Assembly: GCA_964016885.1 (NCBI GenBank)
Contig: OZ024741.1
Span: 42,160,001-42,224,000, forward strand
DNA length: 64,000 nt
Direction of reading: 5' to 3'
Source of the DNA: Eledone cirrhosa
Taxonomy: Eukaryota
Of this stretch, positions 28,101-42,233 are shown in pieces; positions within the stretch are counted from its first letter, which is position 1, and every line of letters begins with the position of its first letter. Both the position numbers and the translations under genes were made by a program. The notes beneath the pieces were generated by a model. The model did not search any database and was not told the origin of the DNA. It saw nothing but the letters and a program-made list of their open reading frames with translations.

Positions 28101-29482
28101 ACCCCAACCATCGATTACCTGTACTAGACACAGAGCTCTGGTTAGATACCATTAATAACAAAAAACAAATCCTCAATTCCCATTATGACAAACCCATGAC
28201 TTCCAAGCATCTGATCCACCGAAACTCGGCTGTTTCGGACCATACCAAAATCAACATACTGATTGCGGATTTGGTACGGGTGATGAGAAACGTGTCCCGC
28301 ATGTGCAACCCCGAAGAACTAGAGAGACACATACAACACTTCATCCACCGTATGCAGTTCTCTGGTTATAATCAGAGAGATAGAATCAGAGTGTATAGAT
28401 GAGCCAGAACCAAATGGGAAAAAATGGTAAATAATGACACAAATGGGACCTGCCCCTTGTATAGGAGCACATTTTGGAATAGAATAGAAAGAACTAGGAA
28501 TAAGGCTAATAGAATAAACTCATGGTATGATAGCAATAAATACCAGAGTGTAATGTTCATCGATACAACCCCTAGAGGTGAATTAGCTTACAAATTTAGA
28601 AGGGCCCTAGATAAACATAAACTCAATATAAAGATAGTAGAAAGACCAGGTACCTCCGTAAAAACACTTATTAGCAAGACATACCCTTTCCAAAGACCCC
28701 CTGTATAGATAAGAAATGTATAACCTGCAAAATAAGCCCCCATATTAACTGTAAAACTAGAAATGTAGTGTATAGCATAAGATGTACTGAAGGACAATGT
28801 AGAGACAAAAATATAGTGTACATAGGTGAGACAGCTCGTAGTGTAGGGGAACGGATAAATGAACACTGGCGAGACCTTTAAGATAGTAAAAAATCATCTG
28901 TACTCTACCAACATGCTAAAATAGAACATACGGGTAAATTAGAGAACATAGAAATAAAAATAGAATCTACACACAGAAAAGCCGCAATGTTTAGACAAAT
29001 CACAGAGGCAATAAACATTACAAAGAATTACAACCAAAATTAAATAGAAAATATGAGTGGAACAGCAACATCACAACTTACAATTAAGGACAAAATGAAA
29101 ACACACACACACAGAACAAACAACCAACCGGTAACATGTAAATAAACAAATAAATAAACAAATATAAACACACACAGACACCCAGATGTGGCGCATGCGC
29201 AGAATGAGCACACAACACACACACAGAAACAAAATGGCGTAGGACAGAACAAAGGAGAGGCACAAAAACAAAGAAAAGAAACCCCAGTCACTGAAGAGGT
29301 CACAGAATGTGTGACGAAAGAACTTTGACAATATATAAACAACTATCTGTTTGTGGAACCAACCAACCAACCAGAAATTTATAAATTCCTAAATTTATAA
29401 ATTTATTATAATAAATTGAAGTGAAAGCAACTGGTGCGTGTGTTTCTTATTGACAACATGACCCTCCCAAAGTATAACAATA
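25169..29482 (+). mobile_element. Penelope-like element (Cys-linker, Neptune-like) with pseudo-LTRs (about 25169-25435 and 29210-29482); ORF disrupted
   Basis: PTDKSGR, RPVCG, MDVVSLYPSI, GAAIG, YSRYVDD, LPVLD, YDKP; linker PPCIDKKCITC; GIY-YIG VVYSIRC...YIGETARSVGERINEH; several stops and frameshifts; flanked by (TA)n. Confidence 0.92.
29287..29329 (+). ncRNA. Minimal type-I hammerhead ribozyme in the PLE pLTR (copies 25245-25287 + and 24100-24142 -)
   Basis: gtca-CTGAAGA-g-GTCACA gaatg TGTGAC-GAAAG aa CTT-tgac; CUU cleavage triplet. Confidence 0.8.
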
Positions 29483-29484
29483 TT

Positions 29485-29536
<52 letters not shown>

Positions 29537-29537
29537 C

Positions 29538-29695
<158 letters not shown>

Positions 29696-29716
29696 ATATA
29701 CATATATTTATATACA

Positions 29717-29748
<32 letters not shown>

Positions 29749-29782
29749 CATATACATATATATATACATATATATATATATA

Positions 29783-30368
29783 TACATTATGAAGAGAGAA
29801 GAAACATTTAGATATAATTAGTAATAAAAAGTATCATACCTAAGCTGCTCCTAAATTCCTCGACTACGTAGTTTCGTGGCATAAACAAAAACAATATATC
29901 AAAGATATAGAGTCCTTGCGAGGTCTGCCGACTTATCAAGAGGATACCTCATTTTACTAGTCTCAAGAACGCGTCTACACGACGTGAGAAAGAATCCCAA
30001 AAGGCGGAGGGGGAGATAGTCACGCGATATAACGGTCGAGAAACAGATATGAATACCCCCTCCGCCTCCGTGGTATTTTCTTCGTGGTTATAAGAGGCTT
30101 AGCTCTGTTTCTCGACCGTTATATCGCGTGACTATCTCCCCCTCCGCCTTTTGGGATTCTTTCTCACGTCGTGTAGACGCGTTCTTGAGACTAGTAAAAT
30201 GAGGTATCCTCTTGATAAGTCGGCAGACCTCGCAAGGACTCTATATCTTTGATATATTGTTTTTGTTTATGCTACGAAACTACGTAGTCGAGGAATTTAG
30301 GAGCAGCTTAGGTATGATACTTTTTATTACTAATTATATCTAAATGTTTCTTCTCTCTTCATAATGTA
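29783..30368. mobile_element. Fold-back mini-element P3 (arms of about 265 bp at 29783-30047 and 30104-30368, 56-bp spacer)
   Basis: Near-perfect inverted repeat; HHR in each arm; begins at a (TA)n tract. Confidence 0.85.
30207..30294 (+). ncRNA. Type-I hammerhead ribozyme, U3-A8 variant with long stem II (mirror copy 29857-29944 -)
   Basis: tcctc-TTGATAA-gtcggc...gc(t/c)ac-GAAAC TACGTA GTC-gagga; 5-bp stem I, palindromic stem III, GUC site. Confidence 0.75.
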
Positions 30369-30561
30369 TTTTTAACTCTGATACTGGTTCAGTCTAGTTC
30401 AACTGAATTGGTCTGTCCCAGTCATTCATTGAGCAACATCGGTGAAGTTGGCACCCTTAACTCACAGTTGGGTGCGGATGCATTCATGTATATATGTGTG
30501 TGTCCGCATGTATCTGTGTGTTTCTAAATATATTGTTATATATATATATATATATATATAT

Positions 30562-30953
30562 AAGAATTAAAATACTAGAGTGTGTTGGAGTTAAACACCC
30601 TCTTCATATTATAGAAATGACAGTATAAGATATAGCTCAATGTAATTAAACAGAGCCGAAGAATTATAAAAATAAACCAAAGAAGCCTTCAATACATCAA
30701 AAGTCTTTATTAGCCAACAATGTTTTGTCCTGTTAAGGACTCATCAGGGCAAGTAAAGCTACAAGAAGCACTATCGGCCAATACAAGCCAAAAACTCAGA
30801 AGAATATGGAGTATACATCTATTAAAGCTTAGGATTGGCCGATAGTGCTTCTTGTAGCTTTACTTGCCCTGATGAGTCCTTAACAGGACGAAACATTGTT
30901 GATTATAAAGACTTTTGATGTATTGAAGGCTTCTTTGGTTTATTTTTATAATT
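30562..30953. mobile_element. Fold-back mini-element P4 (arms 30662-30782 and 30834-30953)
   Basis: Inverted arms of about 120 bp with an HHR in each; (TA)n on both sides. Confidence 0.85.
30866..30903 (+). ncRNA. Minimal hammerhead ribozyme, canonical core (mirror copy 30713-30750 -)
   Basis: gcc-CTGATGA-GTCCT taac AGGAC-GAAAC att GTT-g(g/a)(c/t). Confidence 0.85.
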
Positions 30954-30968
30954 TTTATAATTTTTGTA

Positions 30969-31068
<100 letters not shown>

Positions 31069-31352
31069 TTTATTTTTATTTTTATTTTTATTTTTATCCT
31101 TTATACTCTTCCCTTCATTCTACACATCTCACATATCTTATATACACCACGCATCTCAACGTACACCCACTTACATCTCTCTCTTTACCACCGGACCTTG
31201 TTACCCGGAGATTTACCCATTTGCATTGTCGAGTCTTCCAAACGACTTAAAGATATTTACTTATTGTTCCACAATGCTTCAAGCAAACTTCAATACTCTC
31301 ATATATATATACATATATATATATATACATATATATATATACATATATATAC

Positions 31353-31384
<32 letters not shown>

Positions 31385-31385
<1 letters not shown>

Positions 31386-33305
31386 GAAGTGTGTACTTAA
31401 CGATGACGGCATACTTGCCATCACCGACGCTGATAAGAAGGTAGCTTGGAAGTGTCACTATGAAAGGCTACTAAATGAGGAGAATAAATGGGAGAAAGAC
31501 AGTCTCCCCCATATCGACCCAATAGAGGGACCAGCAGTGTTAGTCGAGGGGAGTATAATAAGTAAGGCAATCAAGGATATGAAGACGGGTAAGGCGGCTG
31601 GGCCTTCGGAAATAGTTGCTGAGATGCTGAAGGCATCTGGCACGGTGGGACACACCATGGTCACCCGCATAGTTAACAAAGTCGTACAGAATGGGGTTGT
31701 TACGAAGGACTGGCATAGCAGCATCATCGTTAACTGTTATAAGGGTAAAGGAGACGCCCTAGATATGAGTAACTATAGAGGCATTAAATTAATCGACCAG
31801 GTCATGAAGATCACGGAAAAAGTAATAGCACAACTAATCAGAGAGAGAATTGACCTAGATGAAATGCAGTTCGGGTTTGTGTCAGGCAAAAGTACCACAG
31901 ACGCTCTTTTCATTGTACAACTACAGGAGAAGTACCTAGCTAAAGGTAAACCCCTCTACTTAGCTTTTGTCGACTTGGAGAAAGCCTTCGACAGAGTCCC
32001 CCGCTCCATTATCTGGTGGGCTCTTAGAAAACTAGGCGTTGACGAATGGCTTGTGAGAGCTATACAAGCCATGTATAAAGAAACAGTTAGCAAGGTTAGA
32101 ATTAACAACGAATATAGTGAAGTTGGCGTCCATCAGGGCTCTGTTCTCAGCCCCCTACTATTTATTATTGCCCTTCAGGCTATAACAGAGGAGTTCAAGA
32201 CCGGCTGCCCATGGGAACTCCTATACGCATATACGAATATAGTGAAGTTGTCGTCCATCAGGGCTCTGTTCTCAGCCCCCTACTATTTATTATTGCCCTT
32301 CAGGCTATAACAGAGGAGTTCAAGACCGGCTGCCCATGGGAACCCCTATACGCAGACGACCTGACACTCGTAGCGGAATCAATGGCCGAGCTAGAGAAGA
32401 AATTCCAAACATGGAAGCACGGCATAGAATCAAAAGGACTTACAATTAACCTGGCTAAGACTAAAGTTCTAGTTTGTAGGAAAGAAAATAAGGCGGCGGT
32501 CCCTTCTGGGAAATGGTCGTGCTCGGTGTGTAGGGAAGGCGTAGGTAGAAACTCCATTTTATGTCCTAAATGCAAAGTATGGGTGCATAAAAGATGTAGT
32601 GGGATCACAGGTAAGCTAACTAAGAACATAGATTTTACATGTGGCCGGTGCTCTGGTGTAATAAGTAGCAGCAAGTGCCCACAAAATACTAGCTCTTTCA
32701 ATTGCGCAGAGGGTTCTATAGAAATAGTGGACAGCTTCCGTTACCTGGGTGATAAAATCAGAAGTGGGGGAGGGTGCTCTGAAAGTACAGTAGCTAGAGT
32801 CAGAACTGGATGGAAAAAGTTCAGAGAGCTTATACCACTATTAGCTGCTAAAGGGTTCTCCCTAAAAATGAAAGGCAGGTTGTACGATGCCTGCATACGA
32901 ACAGCAATGTTGCATGGCAGTGAGACCTGGGCATTGTGTGCAGAGGATATACGCAGACTAGAGAGGAACGAAGCTTGCATGCTCCGCTGGATGTGTAACA
33001 GTAATATACGTGAACGGCAAAGCATAAACGAACTAAGGAAAAAATTAGAAATAAGAGGGATCAGATGTTGTTTACTCGAGAGAAGGCTACGTTGGTATGG
33101 ACACGTGATGCGCATGAAAGTCGATAGCTGTATAACAAAGTGCAGGGCAATAAAGATAGACGGTAGCCACGGAATAGGCAGACCTAGAAAAACCTGGGAC
33201 GAGCTGATAAACTCCGACCTCACACTCTTACACCTCTCCAAGACAATGTCACTGGACCGAGACCTTTGGCGGTACTCAGTAACAGAGAAGACCCGCCTTA
33301 CCTAA
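31385..33305 (+). mobile_element. RTE LINE, 5'-truncated; RT plus PHD-like Cys finger; frameshifted by an internal duplication
   Basis: GKAAGPS, NYRGIKL, QFGF, FVDLEKAFDRV, GVHQGSVLSP, YADD, CSVC...CPKC...HKRC...CGRC, RLRWYGHV, GRPRKTW. Confidence 0.92.
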
Positions 33306-33394
33306 ATACATAGTAAAACCTACTACAGCCAGTAGGCATCTCTAACAAAATACCCCCCCCCCCCCCATCCACACCACCCGTTCTATGTAAAGTT

Positions 33395-33685
33395 ATGTTG
33401 GTGCCACACCATCCAGGCCGAAACAAATGAGATCGTGTAGGTGTCACGACAAAAAAACACACAGTCCACGCTGTAATGTCGCCGTGTAGGCAACACGGTA
33501 AAAACCTCCCAGACCCACACTGTAAATGTGGTTGGTGTTAGGAAGGGCATCCAACTGTAGAAAACCCGCCAGACAGTCCTATGCGAGCAAGACAATCACT
33601 CTTGCCTCAAGTGGGACTACCCCCGCCCAAACCCATGCAAGCGTGGAACACGGACGTTAAACGTTGATGATGATGATGATGATGA
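33395..33685 (+). mobile_element. RTE-type bipartite tail ending in (GAT)n
   Basis: ggttggtgttaggaagggcatcca and cccatgcaagcgtggaacacggacgtt(gat)n, shared with SINE B tails. Confidence 0.7.
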
Positions 33686-33710
33686 TATATATATATATAC
33701 ATATATATAT

Positions 33711-34201
<491 letters not shown>

Positions 34202-37200
34202 CAAAATGAAAATTTGAAGGCAAGGTAGAATTCCAATCATTTTAATCACGACACGTTTCAATTTTCATTTTCTTACTTATACTCCGTTTTACATCATCTC
34301 GCTTGAATGGAAATGGAGATACACAAAAGCCATATGCTTCCAACAACATATATATATTGAAACACTGCCCTTTTGAAGGTGTACAAACGACCAAATATTA
34401 CAAAATGTCCTCTATATTTATTTACAGTTAAGACTTTAGAATGTTCTGGAATCTGCATGCATGTCATACTCAAATAGGACAATAGTAGTTTCTCCCCATG
34501 AGTGATACTTGTCATAGTTAACAACAATCGATTTTTACATGCCAAATATTCACACATCTGTCTTTTTTCCCAAGTGGATTATTTTACATTTATAGAAAAG
34601 CAATGACTTGGTCTTCCTTGATAATTTGCAGGTGATGATTTGGAATGAACGTTTCTTTGGCCTGGTGGACCAACTTTTCAACCTGTGTTGGTGGAAGTAA
34701 ACTGGATATATATTATATATATAATAGAGTATAAGTATCGTAGGAGAGGAGGAAGCAGAGAGATACAGGGAGGTGTGATACAGATTACTAAATGCCAATA
34801 GCCAAAGCGGGATGTGCTCAATTCTTGGGTTAACAGAGTTAAATATTAGAGGAGATTTAATATTTAGTGTATATAGAGGCATGTAACTCTTTCATTTATT
34901 GATTTGCTTATATATATATATATATAGTGGACTTTTACATAGTTTTCCTCAACCAAATTTAACTTAAAAGGTTATAGTAGAAGGCACGATGCCACAGAGT
35001 GAGGTCGAACTCCAAACTATCTGTTTACAAAGTATACTCCTTAACTACTAGCGATGCCTGCACCTATATATGTGTGTTATGATTCACATTTATCTAGATG
35101 TCATATGATATAGAAGTAAAATCTGACAAAGATTTTGAAATGGATATCATCCTTACTTGGATTGTGTTAATAGGAGATTTACCCATATCATAAAAGTAAT
35201 AAATTTGGTTTACTCTTGCTATAGAAAAGAAAAGGAAACAAATGGTTTGGAAGCTTTTAAAAAGAACTATAGCTTTTGTGTTCGCAACTATGGATCTCTG
35301 AAGAATTACAATTGCTATTTTATGTTTGCTTGAAAGTTACCATTTCAGAAACAATCCAATATAACAATTTTATCTTAAAATTTCTTCTATCTTGACAGGA
35401 ATATTCTGAAAAATCAAGTTTTCAATTTTTTCTTTTTGTGCAGTATCAAGATTTGTTTATATATGAAACTTACAGTGAAGTTTCACGTTAAAACTAGTGT
35501 AGCTTTACCATAAAACACAATGGATATTTCAATTCAGATGGTAAAGTGGTTTGGAAACAGTGACAATGTAGAATTAAGAGAACCTTTTACTTTTGTTGAG
35601 GACTTGATTACTTCTGTAGTGCTGCTAATATCGTGACATAATGCACTCTGTACTCTCTGTTAAGTGGTTGGCTTTAAGAATAGCAAAATATAGAATGTGT
35701 GAGCAAGTCATAGTGTGCAGCCTAGTGGCTAGGACGTTGGTTTCATGATCATAATATTATGGGTCCAATTTGATCTGCAGACAATGTGGTACATTGTGTT
35801 CTTGAGTAAGACACTTCATTTTCCATTGCTCCAGTTCACTCAGCTAAACAAATGAATAACAGACTAATGCCCTGTCCAACAAGGAGTTTATTAAAAAAAG
35901 CTTATTAATCTAAAGCTTCATACATACTTTGTGGAGAACATCGGAGTGTTATATACAGTGATATTTTATTAGTATATAACAAATATATATGATTAAATAG
36001 TAGTATATACATATAATCAATTAATTATTGCTAGGAACCTTATAGATATAATACACAGAAATATAATATTAAAGCGTGAAAAAACTTCATAAAGGAGAAA
36101 AAGAAGAAAAATGGAGAAAATACATTGAAGTTAAGGAGTAAAAATACAAACTAGAATTTTATTTACATTTAATATTTTTGTAATATCAATTTTCATTTTT
36201 TTTAAGAAAAAAAAAAAATTGAATTATAACCCTTGGTTCTTGTAATAATATCTTCTTTTATAGTGGAACTATAAATGAGTAGATAGAGATTCACTAAGTG
36301 TAATTCTATTTTTAGTTGAGTCTTGTGGTGTCATCTAATGAGATCAAAATCAAAAACTAATATTAGTGTTGCCTAATTAGATTGAACACAGTCAGGTGCT
36401 TCAATTTTTCTGTTATTAACCTGCTTCAGACTGCCCATAATTTTCATTAGAACTTCCGATTTAAACATTTTTTGTAATTAAAAACTTCATATCCTAATTT
36501 TATTTAAGACTTTTTAAAAACCTTTATTAAGTTTTATTCCAAACACCTACTTAATAATGAAAAAACTTGATTTTTTTCTAAATCTTTTAAATGTTTTGTG
36601 AATATCTTCAAAATTAATTGAAACAGATATGCAGTGTATTTTCACAAGAACTGATTTGGTTGGATCCCCAAATTGAGACCAGCCTAGCTCATGGATGTTA
36701 TCTGACCATCTTGCTCAGAGTCTACCTCTGGGTCTCCTTTCCGTTGGTTTTCCCATAAAATCTGTCCAGCGATTCTTTCTCGAAACATTCTAACCACATG
36801 CCCATAGTATCAGAGCTGTGATCTCTCAATTTGGAGAAGTAGTGGTTCTACCTGGAGTGACACTGTGATCCCTGAGTTATGCACCTGAAATACATAAATG
36901 TTAAATGGAAATATACATAATAATTAACCCTTTAGCATTTAATCCAGCTTTATCCGGCCAGAATTGTCTCCCCTCTTTCTGTTCAAACTGGCCATAGCCG
37001 ATTGCTCATACTTATGTTAAGGTATTGTTCTTAAATAAATAAAATCAAAATCTCATAGATTTGATATTATGTGAGATAATCATGTGAGATAAAACCTTTA
37101 CCATGAAAATGCAATAGTAAATATAGGCTAATGGAAATACTAAAGGGTTGAATGTTAAATGTTCTACATAAATGTACTGACAAATTAGTGCCAGGGGTGC

Positions 37201-37332
37201 CACAGAGATTTTAACTACTGTACTTAAAGCTAAGGTTAAAACATGCCAAACCCATCATAGAAAGATTAAATGCTTCTGTCAATAAAAACACTTTATCTAT
37301 ACTAAGTACAGTAAGTTATACCTACATATACA

Positions 37333-39200
37333 TCACTGCAATACCTTCAACAAGCATCTTTCTACACTTGGTATCTGAAAAAAATCTTTAAGGAACTCAT
37401 CAAACAGCATCTTCTTCAGAACACTGCTCTCTATATCCTGTAGACAGAGAGCAGCTAGTATGTTGTGGGTTATCATGATTCTCAGGTAAATCTTTATCAG
37501 TGTTAATTTGCTGAATGATCTCTCTCCTGAATACCAACTAACCATGAAGCTCAAATACATTATAAGAACTACATAAACGCTTTGAAAAATATCAGCAAGC
37601 CATTCATCAGGTAGTAAGTAACACTGCCTTTTAAGATGACCTGAAACATGACTTGGTTTTGAAAAAGGCTGCAAAATGGATAAATTCTTCTATAACTAAA
37701 CTCACAGGGAAAGCAGTGATAACTTTCTCAGCTTCTGTTCTTATCACTGCATCAAGTAAACTACACAAGTGTACTATGAATTTAAATCTACATCCTAATT
37801 CATAAGCTAACCTACATTTTTATAAGGCAAAAGATAACTGATTTAAAATGACATTATGGCATTAAAAGTCCTGCATTTGATTTTTTTTTCTGGGGAAGTG
37901 ACGATTTCCTCTGCGACTGATGTTGAATTTACATTATAATATTTGTTTCACTTTCTTTGCCTTCCTATTGTTGCTTTGTAGTTGGTGATGCCTCACAAGT
38001 TATGGTATATAGATTCAATTCTTGATCCCTATCCCAAAGGGATTTCAGAATCTTTTCCAGGGAATAAATTAGATTCACCTTCAACTTCAACTCTTTGAAA
38101 ATCTTCATTTATACTGTTGAACTGTACAAGTATTAAGTTCCATATCTTGACCATCAGAGCAGTTTCCAGAAAGTCTATTTTGTGTGCCAATATCTGTGCT
38201 TCATATCTTACTTCAGGTGTTTTAAGTCACTCTCAATATCTTGGGGTATATTTTAAATGCAGCCATAACCATCTATGAGGGCTTCAGTAGTACCAGCTCT
38301 GGCTGACCAAGGTGAGTTTGAAAAACTTCAGAGTTTGTGAACTTTTCTATCTTTTTAAAGATTTCATTAGATGTGCCCATCCATGTGTTGATGCAGAAAA
38401 AAAGGTGTACAACGTTTGTGTGAAGCCACAATAATTGACAGCTTCAGTACAGTAAGAGGCAGCAGCATCTCCAACAAGACTTAATGAGTGAGCAGCATGG
38501 ATGAACACAATGGCTGGGTTCTTATCCTTACATCTGGCATTCATTTCTGAGCAGTGATCAGATCTAATGTTGGCCTTATCAAAAAACTTCCCTCTGCTAT
38601 CTTCAAAATCAATATTATCATTTAAAAGAATTTGTAACAGATAGATAGTTAGTATTTAGTCTTGGAAAAGACAGCCTGCAGGAAAGTAAAAATATTATAC
38701 AATAACTGTTAACTGCTGTTGAATCTAAGGAAAAGTGCTGTATCTGATAGTGTATAGTACACTTCAAAATATAAGACCCCCGCCCTCCACTTCTCAATTC
38801 AGCAAGGAATATTATGAAAAACTATTAGCCCAATAAATATGCAAACATTGCAGATAAGACACATGATTTTTGTTAGACATTTGACAGAAAAACAAGGGAT
38901 TATATATGTCATCAAATATAATACTTGTCTCTTTAAGTTTTGCCACAATGTGATTCTTAGCCATCAACAGGATAATTTCTTCTTTTTAGATTGTTGGTGA
39001 TATGTATGACTGTTTATCATTACTAAATTCTTTCTAGTGACCAATCAGAAATGGATTAAATTGTGCAATAAGTTCCTAAAAAAATTTCCAGTATGTTTAG
39101 ATCTTCCAATCTTTTCACTATTTTTTAGTGCCAGGCCACTCTCTTTGAGAAATATCAAGTTCACACTATGACACAATATTTCAGTATATCTTGTTTTCCT
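37333..39200 (-). pseudogene. Decayed hAT transposase (ZMYM1-like)
   Basis: Dimerisation motif GERSFSKLTLIKIYLR and IHAAHSLSLVGDAAAS (C..H.LNL-like), separated by many disruptions. Confidence 0.75.
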
Positions 39201-41009
39201 GCACTTGTTTTTCTAACTCCCTGCCAACACGAGAAGATTCCCTACATAGAAGATTGATTGTCTCCCGTCTTTCTGTTCAAACTGGCCATAACCGACTGCT
39301 CATACTTATGTTAAGATATTGTTCTCAAAATAAATAAAATCAAAATCTCATAGATTCGATATTCATCATCATCATCATCATAGTTTAACGTCTATCTTTC
39401 ATGCTAGCATGGGTTTAGATAGATATTATGTGAGATAATTATGTGACATAAATATGAAAGCCTTTACCACGAAAATGCAATAGTAAATATAGGCTAATGG
39501 AAATACTAAAGAGTTAAATGTTAAATGTTCTACATAAATGTACTGACAAATTAGTGCCAGGGGTGCCACAGAGATTTTAACTACTGTACTTAAAGCTAAG
39601 ATTAAAACATGTCAAACCCAGCCAAACCCACCATAGAAAGATTATGGACATACAGTGACTGAAGAAAAATATGCTATAAAACCTTCTGTGAATATAGGGA
39701 CCAAACAATAGCATGACATTTGAAAGTTATGATTTTGTAATCCAAGAGAGCAAGAGATAGCTAAAAAATACCCATTGAATGAAAGAGATAATAAATGGGA
39801 TTGAAAAAATAAAAAGGATACAAGTTGTGACAGAAAATATCAATTACATCTAATTTGATATCTGTAGGAATTGTAACAAATAACAAAAATGTTACCAAGA
39901 TATCAAGCTATCCAAAATAGAATACAGAAAGACAGAAAGAGCATAAATTAGGCTTTAAAATGATCTGGTGTCCTTGGCCTTCGGGCTACCTCCCTGCTTA
40001 CCACCATTGGCACAGATTTGGCTACCTGCAGGTGTGAGCGTTGCGAGCTGGAATGGTTCTTACAGCACATGTCCCTCACCATCGTCTGGGGGAAATGCCT
40101 TCTCTATTGCTAGTTCACCAGGGATGTGGGGCAGCCAGTGCATGGGCCTTCATTTGCTCATAATAATTGTTTCTATTTTTTGGCACAAGGCCAGCAATTA
40201 CCCAGTGTATTACAGGTTCTTTATTTTATCGACCCACGTAAGGATGAAAAGCAAAGTTAACCTCGGCAGGATTTGAACTCAGAATGGCAAGGGCCGTAAC
40301 TCTATGCGCCAAAGCATGGTGTCTGACCCTCCACCGATACTGCCAATCCATGGGGAGAGCGAGAAAGACAGAGGCAATGACAGTGGTAGTTTGGTTCCTT
40401 TGTGTTTGAACCTGGTGTTTATATATGTTTCATGGACACACACTCACACTGAGGGAATTTCATTTGATATTTAATAGATTGTATACATATCAATTCCTAT
40501 TGTATTATACTACTACAACAACTCAAATAAACCAAGCAATCAAATGATATATAATTTTACACTTCGTCTGAGTTATTACTAATCATTGAACAAATGACAT
40601 AAAATCTGCATTAATTTCTGAACACACCAATATCAATATTCATTATATATGTTTCATATTTCAAAATAATAGAAACATTTTCAGAAAAATAAAAGCATTT
40701 ATGTAGAATTGGTGTCATATTAATACCTTTTAAAATTGAACAGTTAAATATCAGATGTTAGCAAAGTTAAAATTTTAAGAATGACTTCCAAGTTGAAGAA
40801 TGTACATTTCTGCTATGATGTTTTTTTAACAACAATCTGCTTCTTTTAAACAGTGAGGGAAAGACAGAAAAGAGTAAAGAAAGTGAGAGAGAGGGAGACA
40901 AGAGGGAGAGAAAGAGACAAGAAAGGGAGAGAAGGAGACAAGAGGGAGAGAAAGAGACAAGTGAGAGAGACAGCAAGCGAGAAAGAGGAAGAAAGAGATT
41001 GGTGTAAAG

Positions 41010-41298
41010 CAGTCATGAGCAACCTGCGGCCCACAAAGCTTTCTGAATGGCTCGCCTAAGTCACCTAAGTGAAATCTTTCTGATTTTTTTGCCCCAGATT
41101 TTTAGTCGTAATTTATCTTTCTATCATTTTTACGATCAAGGAAAACGTGTACGAATTCTGAAGAAACAAATCAAAACAACCTGAGTTACCACCCTTTTCT
41201 TTAAATATGGGCACTAAGGTAAATTAGTGCTTGTGGTCCGCCTGATGATGAACCATATCTCACACAGCCCACTTCTCAAAAAAGGTTGCCCATGCCTG
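41010..41298. mobile_element. hAT-type MITE with 8-bp TSD
   Basis: TIRs cagtcatgagcaacc and ggttgcccatgcctg; gtgtaaag at 41002-41009 and 41299-41306. Confidence 0.88.
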
Positions 41299-41372
41299 GT
41301 GTAAAGGATGACTACTCCTCAGTAGCAGAGGTCATAAGTTCAGAATCACGAAAATAATATCTTATTGTATTT

Positions 41373-41408
<36 letters not shown>

Positions 41409-41451
41409 TACACACACACAAACTTCTCATTGATAGTAAATGCTATATATA

Positions 41452-42233
41452 GCTATATATATAAAGTTGTATTCCTGTCTGTTTGTTTGTTCACAAACTA
41501 CTCCTATCGTTTTGGAGATAGACCCCCATAATCATATATATTCTGAAACTACATTGTCCAGGCTATTTGGATAAGTATATTTCATTTTAATCAAAGGATT
41601 CCCTGGGGGCCGAAACCCCTCTGAAAATCCCTGCTGAAAATGTTTTCCCTTCGACTTATATGAAATTTAAACCATAAGTAAATGACGAGATATGATGCCT
41701 ATTCACAAAATTTCAGCAAATTTAAATAATATTAAGAAACCCTAATGGGGTTAAACCCCCTATAGTGAAAATTTTGGCCAATAAATGGAACAAGATTTCA
41801 CGAACTCCCCCTATATTCTGAAACTACATTGCACAGGGAACTTCGATAAGTATATTTCATTTTAATGAAAGGGTTCCCGGGGGCACAAAACCCTCACTGA
41901 AAACCCCTGCTGAAAATCTTTTCCCTTCGATTTATATGAAATTTAAACCATATGTAAATAACAAGATATGATGCCTATTCACAAAAGTTTTGAATTGATA
42001 TTTTGAAAAAAATTATTTACAAGAAACAAAATAAAAATAAGATTTAATGATGTAATTTTTATTTGACATATTACTAAAAATAATGTAATTTTGATTTGAT
42101 ATATTACAAAAAATAATGTTTTCCAATTTTTCATGCATTATATTTTACATGATGATGATAATGATTATGATGATTGATCATTTTCTTACAAAAATATGTG
42201 AGAAATGCAGCAAGGCACGGGTAATTTGACTAG
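41452..42233 (+). mobile_element. Non-autonomous Helitron-like element with an internal duplication of about 275-bp period
   Basis: 5' ctatatatataaa, then tgtctgtttgtttg; 3' GC-rich gcagcaaggcacggg followed by CTAG-t; internal repeat about 41535-41710 and 41812-41985. Confidence 0.65.

Noticed and set aside
39968-40150. GC-richer ORF as a host exon
   Set aside because: No recognisable motif or convincing splice sites, and the ORF runs into a SINE.
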